Assembly: GCA_050613775.1 (NCBI GenBank)
Contig: JBODTK010000157.1
Location: 186,001-250,000 of the forward strand
Direction: 5' to 3'
Source of the DNA: Neocallimastix sp. 'constans'
Taxonomy: Eukaryota
Length of the DNA stretch: 64,000 nucleotides
Positions 13,001-26,900 of this stretch are shown here, piece by piece. A model generated the notes under the pieces. That model saw only the letters and a list, made by a program, of their open reading frames with translations, had not been told where the DNA came from and did not search any database. Each line of letters opens with the position of its first letter. The first letter of the stretch is position 1. Both the position numbers and the translations under genes were made by a program.

Positions 13001-13245
13001 TAACGGAAAAGATCCTAGATCTTTTAGTGTTTTATCTCAGTCCTAAGAGTATGCCTGGTCGGTCAGCGCGCCAAACAATGCTTGAAGAAGTCTAAACGTA
13101 AAAAGGCGGTTATTCAGGTAGGGTGTGGGGGTGACTTTACTTCAACCTCAACTTCAACCTCAATATTGGGCTGAAATCAAGGGTGATACACACCAGAAAA
13201 AAAGTGTTAGTTAAGATGTATTAGTTAAGATTTATATTAAGATTT
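13001..13245. promoter_or_regulatory. GC-enriched island near the midpoint of the divergent Agd3-like gene pair (candidate bidirectional regulatory element)
   Basis: Only markedly GC-rich stretch in 2.8 kb of intergenic DNA. Contains inverted repeat AAAAGATC-CTA-GATCTTTT (13007-13025), tandem ACTTCAACCTCA x2 (13139-13162) and repeated TTAAGAT. Confidence 0.35.
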
Positions 13246-13421
13246 ATAGATGTTATAAATATTATATATTTAAAAATTTTCTATTTTGTATATATATATA
13301 TATTATATTCATAAGTTTTTTTTTTTTTTTAAAATATTTTATTTCAAATTAAAAAAGTTTCCCATTTAAAAAAAAAAATAAATAAATAAATGAAATAATT
13401 TATTTAAACTTTAATAATAAT

Positions 13422-13457
<36 letters not shown>

Positions 13458-13791
13458 CTTTTTTAACATAATAATTTTTATTATAGAAGATAAGACATCT
13501 ATCATCTCTCTCTGAATTAATTATTAATTTGAATAATTGAAAATAAAAAGTTTAATTATATTTATCTCTTTATATAATAAAAAAAAAAGTTAAATATAGT
13601 AAATGAGAATAATAATAATAAATATACTTATACTCATATATATATATATAAATAGATTAATAAATAAATATATAAATTAAAAAAAAAAATAAAATAATTA
13701 AAATATTATCTCTTTTGTAATACATACACACTTATTTATCATCATTTGTAAGTTTAATGATAGATAATATATTTTAATTAATAAAAAAAAG

Positions 13792-13822
<31 letters not shown>

Positions 13823-14312
13823 TTAATGACATACTAAATTAAATTATGAATAGTTTTAAACAATTAAATAGTTAATTATTTTTGAAGTAATAATCATATT
13901 AATAAATAAAAATAATTACTTTGATTTTTTTTTTTTTATAATATATCATTAGAAAAAAAAAAAAAAAAACTTTTATTATTATTATTATTATTATTTTTTT
14001 TTTTTTATTTTTCTATTATGAATAAATCTATATAACTTTAAAATTTTATATATTTATTAATATTATATATTCACATTTTATTAAAAAAAAAAAAACAACT
14101 ATTGTATATTAATATTTTTTATTTTATTTTTATTTTTATTTTTTTTTTTTTAAAAAAAAAAAAATTAATTGAGAAAAAGGAAAAAAAAAAAAAAAAAAAA
14201 AAAAAAAAGATATAATATACATACATATATATATTAGTATAATATATATATATATATACTTTTTATTAAATCATAGTTAATGATTTTACAATTATTAAAA
14301 TTAAAAAATAAA

Positions 14313-17300
14313 ATGAAGCTTTTTCGTAAGGCTTCATTTATATTATCGACAGTCCTAGGCGTAAGTCGAGCTGCCAATAAAGTCGATCAAATTTATGGTC
14401 GAATTGGATTAAGAGCTTTAGTTCTTTCCACGGAGAAACCTGAAAGTATTTTAACCTCATTAGCTTCCTATGCCATTGCCTATGATAATTTAATCTATAA
14501 CTGTGAAAATCCCATAGAAGATGATTTATACCTTCTCGATGAAAATACCGGTAATCCCAAATATAATATGATTGTAGTGGCTAATGGTGGTATGAAATGT
14601 AAATGTAATGGAAAGGAGGAGAGTGTCTTAAAAAAGGAACATTGGGAGGCCTTAAATATCTATGAAGCTAAATATAATATTAGAAGTGTCATTATTAATG
14701 AGAATACAGATGGATTAGTAGAAGAAGAACTTGGCATTAAATCATTTGAATTTAAAGGGGAAAAGAAGAGTACAGTCTCTTTACAAACTGCAGATAATTC
14801 ATTTACCCATACTCTTTTTAATACAGCTGGAATTCATGAAAATGCTCCATTAAATACTTTTAGGTAATACATAAGAAAAAATAAATATATATATATATAT
14901 ATATATAAAAGGAATTATTTTTTCTTATTTATTTATATATTTATATTATTATTAGTAATATTATTCAATATAAAATATATTTATTTAATTCTACTTTTTT
15001 TTTTTTTTTTGTTTGTTTTGTTTTGTTTTATTTATTAATATTAAATGTATTAATTGTGAATTAATTTAAAAAAAAAAAAAATTATCAATTTTTATATTAT
15101 ATTATATATATATTATATTTTTTTTTGTGTATGTGTGTATTATTCACTTATTTATTTAATATATATTTCAAATATACCTTGTAAAAAAAAAAAATTTACT
15201 TTCCATCGATGCTAGCTTAAATTATAATTTAGCAAAAATTGTAGATGATAAGAAATCAACCCCTGTCTTATACTATGATATTAAAAATGAATCCTCCGAC
15301 GAAAGACCAGTGGCTGCTGTTTATTCGGTATTAAAGGACGGCAATGAACGATTAACCTTCTTTATGTCTAGTAATTCAAGTAGGTTTAATAAAATATCTT
15401 TTTTTTTTTTTTTTTTTATCATAATTATTAATTTATAATAAATATATTAAATAATAATAATGATAATGAATGAATAATAATGAATTTAAAAATATTTTAT
15501 TTTTAAAATAATAAATTAACAATTAAAAAAATAAAATAAAAAAATAAAAAATAAAATAAAATAAAATAAATTAAAATAAAATAAAATAAAAATATAATAT
15601 ATACGTATAAAAAAACAAAAACAAAAACAAAAACAAAAAAAAAAAAAAAAATCAATTCATAAATCAATAATTAAGGATCAATCACCAGCATCATTATTAA
15701 TCACCTCTGGATTCCATGGGCCTCCAAGAATTTGTATACAGGATTTAGAAGAGTTTACCTTACTCAACATATTGATGATATATTCAGTTCTGAGGAATTA
15801 GTTTCAACCAATGATAAATACTATACAGTAAATGTTTTTTTTTTTTTTTTTTTTTTTTAGAAAAAAAAACTTTATTATACAATAATAATATATTATATCA
15901 ATTGTATACCCATTATTATTTCTAATTATATTTACAAATATTAATAATTTTTATATAAATAATCTTTATATATATATATATATAACAAATATTAAATGAA
16001 TATTTAAAACATAATTATATTTATATAATAATATCTTTTATGAAAACTAATATTAATATTAAAATTAAAATTAAAAATTTTTTAAAAAAAAAAAAAAGTC
16101 CAATGAAAACTATAGAAATACTAAGGAAGATTTCGATAATGCCATTCAATATCAAAATGATATATTACAAAAAATGCCAGAAGGTTCAACTTATCGTCTA
16201 GAATTGGCTTTTAATGGTTACGGTTTAATAGAAAATACAATGTAAGCTTCAATACATATAATAAAATTATAAATTATTAAATATTTATATATATATATAA
16301 TGTATAAATCTATCATTTATTTTTATATATACATATATATATATATACTTTTATTATATATTTTAAAATGAATAAATATAATTTATTTTACAATAACTAA
16401 CTTTTATCTAACATATTTAACCATCATTATTCTTAAAAAATCAAAATAAAAATAAAATAAAATCTTATACTTTATACTATATTTTATTTTATTTTATTTA
16501 ATATTTTTATTTTTATTTAATATTTTTTTATTTATTATTTTTATTTATTATTTTTATTTATTATTTTTATTTATTATTTTTATTTATTATTTTTATTTAT
16601 TATTTTTATTTATTTTTTATTATTTATTATTTATTATTTATTATTATTTTTTTTACTTTCCTTTTATTTAATTAGCTATAATTTTAACATCACTGAAAAT
16701 CTTAAAGTGTCCGATACCTATGTTAATCCCAAAGGATATGGGGTGAGTCGATGGCCCCATTTCCCTTACGATATTCAATGGTTAGAATCAGAACTCTCCT
16801 CCAAAAATACCTTGTATAATTTCATAAAGTATAAAGAAAAGAAAGGAAGCTTCTACTGGAGTTCTCATGGATTTACACATCAAAACTTAAATATTGCTAC
16901 CGTTGAAGACGTCACCAATCAAATTCAAACCAATGCGAAGATGGCCGTTCGTCTCGGTATCCCTGAAGAAAATCTATCCAAGAAAACCATAATCCCTCCT
17001 GAAAGTTCAGGTTTACATAATGTCGATGCCATTGAAACCTTCTTAAGTCAAGGGATCACCTGTGCTTCCGGTAACCTCTACCGTTCGGATATTACGAATG
17101 ATGAATTCTACGAAAAAAAAATATATTTACCGTGGCGAACGACAAAGGCCTCCAGTAATATCGCCAATTTCCCTGTCATTCCTCGTATTCCTACCGTCAT
17201 CTTCAGTGGCTGCTCCACCCCTCAAGAAAATATGGTCAAGTTTAATCGAATGCATGAAGGTACCGGCATTGGCGTTACCGCCTCCTCCTTTGATGAACTT

Positions 17301-18263
17301 TTAAATAGAGATAGTCAATTAGCGGTACGCTATCTTCTTCAATTACGTCATCATCCCTTCTACTTCCATCAATCCAATCTTCGTAGTGCCGATCTTCCCA
17401 ATAAAAAGAGTTTAGTGGCGCTCTGGACAGAAAAAGTTCTTGATCAATACAACCAGTATGTCAAATGGCCTATTCTCTCTCGTAAAGTCGACGATATTAA
17501 TGACTCGTTTATTGAACGAGAAAAGTTTGAATATTGTGATTTAGATCAAAAGTTAGTTTACAATAATACGCATATTGTCGCTATTTCCTTAAAGACGATC
17601 AAGTCTTGTAAGGTCCCTATTGCTTTGCCGGAGGGAGTAAGGATTAGTGAGAATGACCTTCGGGTATACAAGCAGATACTTTCGGTGGAGCAGGTGAACG
17701 AAAGTGATCCAATTACCGTTTGGGTGGATATGAATAATAGTTCAGTAAATTTATACTTCCAACCGGCTATTGATTGGGGAAAATTTAAGGTAACCACCAT
17801 CTACAATACTTTAGCAAGTAGAGCTTTAGATGAAGATAATGAAGCGTATTACTTTGAAAAAGTCTATAAGACCTCAACGCATCATCATCATCATCATCAC
17901 AAAACAGCAAAAACAAAGACAAAAACTAAGAAGCATCATCATCATCACAAATCCAAATCCAACTATCATAAATCCAAACATCATAAATCGACAATGAATA
18001 AAAATGTCAATTCCTCTCACAATATTATTACCAATATTGTTACCAATATTATGAAGTATGGATCCATTACCAATGAATTAATCAATGAAATTGGTTATAC
18101 CACGGAACAGTTAACCAATCCAAAAGCCTTCAAAGAATTAGAAAAGAGTCGATTATACGTGGAAAAGATGAAAGATCTTAGTGAAAATGCGAAAAATTCA
18201 AAATATATGATCAATAATTTAAATCGTCAAAAAATTAAATATTTGAAATCTAATAAAAAATAA
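14313..18263 (+). CDS. Second Agd3-like (CE18-type) deacetylase with His/Lys-rich C-terminal tail. Exons 14313-14863, 15216-15379, 15676-15827, 16099-16241, 16676-18263
   Basis: Signal-like MKLFRKASFILSTVLGVSRA (an in-frame upstream ATG exists at 14280). Spliced product has NHLWIPW, RRVYLTQHIDDIF, LAFNGYG, WSSHGFTH, PPESSGLHNVD, FHQSNLR and WPILSRKVDD. All four introns are GT-AG and frame-preserving. Confidence 0.8.
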
Positions 18264-20257
18264 TTTACTCTATGAAAATATATATTATAGATATATAAAA
18301 AAGATAAATTTTTTTTTTTTTTAATGACAAAAAAAAAAAAAAAATTAAATGATGAAATAATTAAATAATAAATTACTTTCTTTTTTCTTAATGAGAAGTT
18401 AGCTACTTAAAAAAATGAAAAAAATTCTATCCGATTTTATTATATATATATATAAAAAGCTATTTTTAAAAAAAAAAAAAAAAAAATATTATTTAAAAAA
18501 AAAATAGTATATAAAAATAGAATCTAGATAATAAATTTAATAATAATAATAAGTTTTATTTTATATTATGTTTTTCTTTTTTAAAGCTATATATAATAAA
18601 ATAAAATAAATTAGTAAATAAATAAAATAATAAATTTAAAAAATAATTCTTAAAAATAATAATTTTTAAATTAAAATTTGTGTTTTTTTTTTTTTTTTAA
18701 AAAAAAACAAAAAACAAAAACAGAAAAGCTTTAACGCTTAACATCTTGGAGGTGAAATTCATTGCCGATGGACTTTTTTTTTTTCTCTGAATTTATTTAT
18801 ACACTCAACTATAAATATTACTCTTTTTTTTTTTTTTTTTTATTTTATTTCGTATTTACTACTTAATATATATATATACATATTATGTTCAATTGGGACA
18901 AATAATATATTTATTTTTTTTTAAATAGTAACTATTAAATAAAATATATATACATTTATGTAATTAATAAATGATTATTTTGTATAAATATATATATATT
19001 TTTATTTAATATATTTAACTTAAAATATATTTTTTTTTTATTATATTATATATTTTATAATTTTATTTTATTTATTGATAATTGTCATCTAATTTTTTGA
19101 TTTATTATTTATTTAAAAAAATTTTTTCACCAGTTAAAAATTTGACCTAAATTGAAGATATATAATGGAAAAAAAAAATACTTTTAAATAAACTTTTTAC
19201 ATCCTCTAAAGTTATATTAACTACTAGTCCTAACCCCATATACAAAAAAAATTTTTTTATCACTAAAAAAAATTTTATTACTTTATTTATTATTTCATTC
19301 ATTTCTTCAAAAAAAAAAAATTTTTTTTAATATTTAATTTTTCCTCTATATATTTTTTCCTGTATATTTTTTTCCTGTTCCATATTAATTTTATTTTATA
19401 ATATTAAATATTTAATTTATAATAAATAATATAAATGTAGTATGTATTATTCAATATTAATAGCTTTATCTTTACTCTTCACTTTAATATTTTATTTTAT
19501 TTTATTTATTATATAAAAAAAAAAAACTAAACAAAAAAAAAAAATATATATATATATATATATATTTTTATCTATTATTATATCAAATATAGAGAGCATT
19601 AATTAGATATTATTCAATTATTGTTTTTTTTTATTTTGTTACTCTTTTTAATTACAATAATTTAATTTTTATACATTATATATATATATATATATAATTT
19701 AATTAATTATATAATTTAATATATGAACATATAATTTGAAATTTTTTAATATATTCTAATTTAATTAAAAAAATAAATTATTTTTCTGTTAAAATATGTA
19801 TAGATTTAAATATATTGTAACAAAAAATACAAATAATAATTCATCTATTCATTTGATTTATTTAAAATGATATTTTCATATATAATGAAATAAAAATAAA
19901 AAAAAAAAAAAAAAAAAAAAGGAAATGGATTACTTATTCTAATTATTGAGGTTTAGATTTTTACAGTCAAGAAGGTCAACGAGGTATAGATAACTTTTAT
20001 TTTTTTATTTTTTTATTGAAGCAAATGGGAGGTTATGAAGTAAAATTCCAAAAATATGTTTAATATATATGATATATAGATATGATATATAAATATATTT
20101 AAATAAATGAATGAAGTTTTAATAATATTACCCAATGTATTTCAAGATGATTATTAATTCATTCTTCTCCTATATTACTAATGATGAATTTAATATAATA
20201 TCTTTCTATTTATTTATTTCCATAAATTTATCAAGTAAACCGGCTTATTATTATTAA

Positions 20258-20299
<42 letters not shown>

Positions 20300-20712
20300 T
20301 TTATTCCTACTTCAAAAGTTATTAAATAATTTTCCTTTTTCACTTTCTATCTTATCAATAAATTAATAAATTTTTATTTTAATTAATTTCAATTCCATTT
20401 TAGCCTTTTTATTTGATTATATTTATTCATTTATATATATATATAAAAAGTAATAATAATAATAATATATATAATATAATTTTTACTTTTAACCTTTAAC
20501 TTCTCCTCTACCTTTTTTTTGAAATATCTTTAAAATATATATATCCATATGAATCAAAAAGTTATAATAATAACAATAATAGTAATAATATGACTGAAAG
20601 AATGAATAAATATATATATATTTTTTATCTATGAAGTCAAAATCTATTTGTTTTAAATTCATTTATAGAGGTCAAACGAAAAAGTAAAGAGAGATAGAGA
20701 GAGGAAAAAAAA

Positions 20713-20751
<39 letters not shown>

Positions 20752-21529
20752 CAAAGCGAACTTTCCACACCATTAAATAATATTCTTTTTTAATTTATTA
20801 AAGTGGTAAAGGAAAATTAGGAAGCCAAAATGATTACTTTTGAAAATATGATATACAGTGATCAAAGCTAAAGGACTAAATATCAAAAAGTGAAACAAAA
20901 CCAAAAATTAATTAGGGATTATCAATTCAATGAATACTAAAAAAAAAATAATAATAATATTAATAATATATAATAATAATAATAAATAATAATAATAATA
21001 ATAATACGTAAATAATTATTGTTAGTGAAAAGTTCAGTATAGATATATATTTGATATTATATCTACAAATATTTTATTTTTTTAAAAAAAAAATAATAAT
21101 AAAAGTTCAATAAAAAATAGAGAAATATATAAATAATATATAAATACTATATATTAAAATAAAGAAAAGAAACAGCACAAATATGATTTGATTTAACAAC
21201 AGTTGTTTTATGTTGTATGCTAATATTTATTGATTTACTGGTGTTTAAAATTTTGATTTATCCTATCATAACATTCTTGTTTAAGAAAAAAAAAAAAAAA
21301 AGTAAATCCTTATCTTTTAATCTGGTCAACTTTTTATTAATTCTTTTTTTTTTTTTTTTTTTTTTCATTTTTATTACTATAATATCAAATATATATATTT
21401 ATTAGAATATATTAGTTATTTAATAAAAAATGGGGTTGGTAAACTATTTATTTTTTTTTTTATTATTTTTTATTTTTTTTTTTTTTTTGTGTTATGTTAC
21501 ATATTATTTAACTAATTATTTATTTATTT

Positions 21530-21970
21530 ATATATTAATAAATACTCTTTTTATTATTTATTTAATTATTTATTATTTATTATTTATTATTTATTATTTA
21601 TTATTTATTATTTATTATTTATTATTTATTATTTATTATTCAATTATTATTTATTATTTATTATTTATTATTTATTATTTATTATTTATTATTTATTATT
21701 TATTATTTATTATTTATTATTTATTATTTATTATTTATTATTTATTATTTATTATTTATTATTTATTATTTATTATTTATTATTTATTATTTATTATTTA
21801 TTATTTATTATTCAATTATTTATAATCAATTATTTATTATTTATTATTTATTATTTATTATTTATTATTCAATTATTTATTATTTATTATTTATTATTTA
21901 TTATTTATTTATTATTTAATTATTTATTATTTATTATTTATTATTCAATTATTTATTATTTATTATGTAA
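21530..21970 (-). repeat. (AATAAAT)n satellite block (TTATTTA on + strand)
   Basis: Heptamer array with one reverse-complement copy of the AAAAGAGTATTTATTAAT core at about 21535-21552. Confidence 0.85.
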
Positions 21971-23139
21971 TAAAATTATTTAACTTTTATTCTTAACAAT
22001 TGTGGCAAGTCTACCTATAAAAATCAAAATAGAATATATGAATTATTCTACAGAACGATGATGATTAAAAATAATAATAATGATGAAATTTTTAGAAATA
22101 CTAGAACTACAAAAAAAAATTTTTTTTTATATATCATAATAAAAGTCAAAATATAAAAAAATATATATTCATATGAGCTTTTATTATGGTATTATTAATT
22201 ATTATTAATTAATTATTAATTATTAATTATAAAAAAAAATATATTTATATAACTTTTATCATGATATTATTAATTATTAATTATTAATTATTATTAATTA
22301 TAAATTATTAATTATAAATTATTAATTATAAATTATTAGTTTTTTATTATCATTAATTATTAATATTTTTTATTATTATTATTTTATTACATTATTATTT
22401 AGGATAGAGATTAGGAATAGCGAAATTTAAATAGATATAACACTATTTATATTTATATAAAGACAAGAGCTCTTTATCTTTAATAGTCCAAAATCAATTT
22501 TTTTTTTTTTTAAAAAAAAATAATAAATATAATAAAAATCTTTGATTATTTAATAGTAAAACATATAAAATAAATAGATAATAATAAGAATAGAAAAAAA
22601 GAGAGATTAGAAATGCATAAATTTTAAAGAGTATAAAAATAAAAAAAATTTTAAAAAAAGATTTTAAATATAAATTAGCATTATCATCATTAGGAGTTTT
22701 TTTTTTTCACATAGAACAAGAAAGAAATCAGGTTATTTAAAAAAAAAAATCAGGTTATTTAAAAAAAATTTTTTTTTTAAACAATAACAAAAAATATATA
22801 TTTTTTTTTATTTTAAAATTTTAATTTTTAAATTTTAATTTTAATTTTTTTCTTTTAAATCTTTTTTCTTTTTTCTTTTTTCTTTTCTTAATCATTTTTA
22901 TAATTTTTATAATTACTTTAAATAAAATAATCTTATTATTTTTACTTTTATATATAAAAAACTATTAAAAAAAAAAGAGATGATGATAATCAACATTCAT
23001 TCATTAATTATAATAATAAAAATAATCCATCTTTTAACAAATTTTAAGAGTTTTTGACTTTTTATGATTCATTCTATAATAAAAAAATTTTAATTATAAT
23101 TATTATTTTTTAATTTTTAAACTATTTAATTTATTTGTT

Positions 23140-24070
23140 TATCTATTTATTTATTATTTTTTTTATTATTTATTAATTGTTTATTTATTATTATTTATTA
23201 TTTATTATTTATTTATTTATTATTTATTTATTTATTATTATTTATTTATTATTTATTCATTTATTATTTAATTATTTAATTATTTAATTATTTATTATTT
23301 ATTATTTATTATTTATTATTTATAATTTATTATTTATTAATAAATACTCTTTTTATTATTTATTATTTATTATTTATTAATAAATACTCTTTTTATTATT
23401 TATTATTTATTATTTATTATTTATTATTTATTATTTATTATTAAATACTCTTTTTATTATTATTATTAAATACTCTTTTTATTATTATTATTAAATACCC
23501 TTTTTATTATTATTTATTATTTATTATTAAATACTCTTTTTATTATTATTTATTATTTATTATTAAATACTCTTTTTATTATTATTATTAAATACTCTTT
23601 TTATTATTATTTATTATTTATTATTTATTATTATTTATTATTTATTATTTAATTATTTATTATTTATTATTTATTATTTATTAATAAATACTCTTTTTTT
23701 TATTATTTATGATTTATTAATTATTATTTATTATCTACTATTTATTATTTATGATTTATTATTTATTATTTATTATTTATTATTTATTATTTATTATTTA
23801 TTATTATTTATTATTTATTATTTATTATTTATTATTTATTTATTATTTATTATTTATTATTTATTATTTATTATTTATTATTTATTATTTATTATTTATT
23901 ATTTATTATTTATTAATAAATACTCTTTCTATTATTTATTATTAAATTATTTATTATTTATTATTTATTATTCCATTATTCCATTATTTATTATTCCATT
24001 ATTTATTATTTATTATTTATTATTTATTAATAAATACTCTTTCTATTATTTATTATTCCATTATTTATTA
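23140..24070 (-). repeat. (AATAAAT)n satellite with many TAAATACTCTTTTT cores
   Basis: About ten copies of TAAATACTCTTT(T/C)T between 23341 and 24045 embedded in TTATTTA repeats. Confidence 0.85.
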
Positions 24071-25682
24071 TTAATTTATGTATAATATATTTATTCATTT
24101 ATTTTTTATGTTTGATATTGAGTTGTACTACCTTGAATGAATTCCTGGACAAACTATTGGTTAATATTCTTTTCAATCTATTTAAAGTATATGAAAACTT
24201 TAAAAAAAATAAAAAAAGTTTCTTATTTTTATTTTTTATTTTTTTATACTTTAATATTTCAATAAAAATTAAATTAAATAAAATAAATTGAATTATTTGA
24301 TTTATTTATATTCAATAGCATATATAATTTAATTAAGTGGTTTTTAGCCTTTTTTGGATAATTTATTTATTTATTTATTATTAAAGAAATAAATAATAAA
24401 AATGAATAAAAATGAATGAATGGCATTCAATAGAGTAATCATAGATTATTTAATTAGTTTGACTAAAGTAAAAATGTAAAATATTATTATACATATAAAA
24501 TTCTAAATTTTTATTTATAAACTATAAAACTTCAAAGACTAATAAATAATAAGGATGAAATAAGAATTGAAAGGTTTTTATTGATTCCTAACAGTGTTTG
24601 CTATTTTATTTTATTATATTTTATTCTATTGTTAAATATATATTATAGGAATAAAAATTATAATGACATAGAATAATTTTGTACAGTATGAACTATATAA
24701 TATACAATACAATACAATACAATGCAATTTAATATTATAGGATAACACTATTTCTATAAAATATATATATTTTAAAAATTTATTGGTCATCTTTTAGAGT
24801 CTTTAATGTAACATCTCTTCATTAAATATTATCATCACTATAAAGATTACTTATACTACACACTTTATAGAAAATCTAAATTACTGTATAAATAAATAAT
24901 AAATAATAAATAATAATAATAACATAAGACTATTCAGTAGAGTAGTGTGAATTCCTTTATTAATATTTATAAATATATTATACTAAAATATTTGGATAAT
25001 TTATTTTTTTCTCTTTTCCTTTTATATCATCTGAAGTAATAATGAAAATTAGTATCTGTATTATAAAATCTTAAAAAATAGGAAAAAAAAAGATATGAAA
25101 AAAAAGTTTCTTATTATTTAATACTAATAATGAAATATTTAGTTTTTAAAGTTTAATATTAATTTTTTAAATTACTATTTAAATTCTAAACTATATTTGA
25201 ATATATGATGAAGATAGTATGACCATATTTTTTGTTTTAATAAGAAGATATATCTAATGATTATCATGCTCACAATTTATAAAGTGCTTTTTTCTTTTTC
25301 TTTTTCGTTATTGAACCATATTATAAATATTATTATAATTAATATTTGGATGTAAATGATTAACCCTCTAATAATTATTTTTTACCAACTAATCTCTAAT
25401 AATTGATTATTATTATTTATTATTTATTATTTATTATTTATTTATTATAAATATATAAAAAAATAAAAATAAATAATTCATGATTATCATCTTAATAAAA
25501 TAAAATAAAATAAAAAATCATTCCATTTTTTTTTTTTCTGTTTATAATTTCTTTTTTTCAAAAGTGGAATTATTTTATTTAAAAAATTTTAAAATTTAAC
25601 TCATTTAAAGTAAAATTAAAAAAAAAATTAAAAAAAAAAAGTAAAAAAGATAAAAAAAATTTCATATATAGAAATTATTAAT

Positions 25683-25892
25683 TATATAATATAATATAAT
25701 ATAATATAATATAATATAATATAATATAATATAATATAATATAATATAATATAATATAATATAATATAATATAATATAATATAATATAATATAATATAAT
25801 ATAATATAATATAATATAATATAATATAATATAATATAATATAATATAATATAATATAATATAATATAATATAATATAATATAATATAATAT
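25683..25892. repeat. (ATATA)n pentanucleotide microsatellite
   Basis: About 210 bp of uninterrupted pentamer repeat. Confidence 0.95.
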
Positions 25893-26469
25893 ATGAATTG
25901 CCAATTTAATTAATTCATATATACTATTAATAATATTTAATTTAAATGATGCTTTTTATTGTATACTCTAAATTAAATATATTAATCAATATACTATTAA
26001 TATATAATACATTAGATTGCAAAATATATTCCAATAGTATAAATTTAATAATTTGGTTAATATATTAAAGTATATTGAATTTAATAGAATGTGAAAATTC
26101 ATTTTATTTTTTTTTTATTTAATAAATTCAAATTCAAAAAAAATATATAATTTTTAATAATTTGTTTTTTTTTTTTTTACTCTTCTTGAATAATATCTAA
26201 ATATCTAAATATTCTATTAATATCAATAATGCACATAAACAAATAAATAATAATAAACTACATATAATATATATAATATATATAATATATATAATATATA
26301 TAATATATATAATATATATAATATATATAATATATATGATATGGATAAAAGAAAGAAAGACTATTTAATTATTTATTACTAATCATTAACTCATTCTTCA
26401 TTAACAAATCAACTAAATATTAATAAATCATTTATTATAAAGTAAATTATTGTAAGCATCAATCATGAA

Positions 26470-26510
26470 TAATTAAATAATAAATAATTGAATAATAAAT
26501 AATAAATAGA

Positions 26511-26554
<44 letters not shown>

Positions 26555-26900
26555 AAAAAAAGAGTATTTATTAATAAATAATAAATAATAAATAATAAAT
26601 AATAAATAATAAATAATAAATAATATTACAAAATTAAATAATAAATGAATAAATGTATAAATAATTAAATAATTGAATAATTAAACAATCGAATAATAAA
26701 TAATAAAAAAAGAGTATTTATTAATAAATAATAAATAATAAATAATAAATAATAAATAATAATACAAAATTAAATAATAAATGAATAAATGTATAAATAA
26801 TTAAATAATTGAATAATTAAACAATCGAATAATAAATAATAAAAAAAGAGTATTTATTAGTTATTAATAAATAGTAAAAAATAACCAAAAGAGTGTGTGT
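26470..26900 (+). repeat. (AATAAAT)n satellite with AAAAGAGTATTTATTA cores and an internal ~140-150-bp higher-order duplication
   Basis: Cores near 26555, 26705 and 26841. TACAAAATTAAATAATAAATGAATAAATGTATAAAT...CAATCGAAT occurs twice. Confidence 0.85.

Noticed and set aside
21430..25904. ORFs with YYLLFII and YYIIL repeats (21430, 23751, 25662), plus the poly-Leu ORF at 59114
   Set aside because: They are translations of heptamer, pentamer and trimer satellites.
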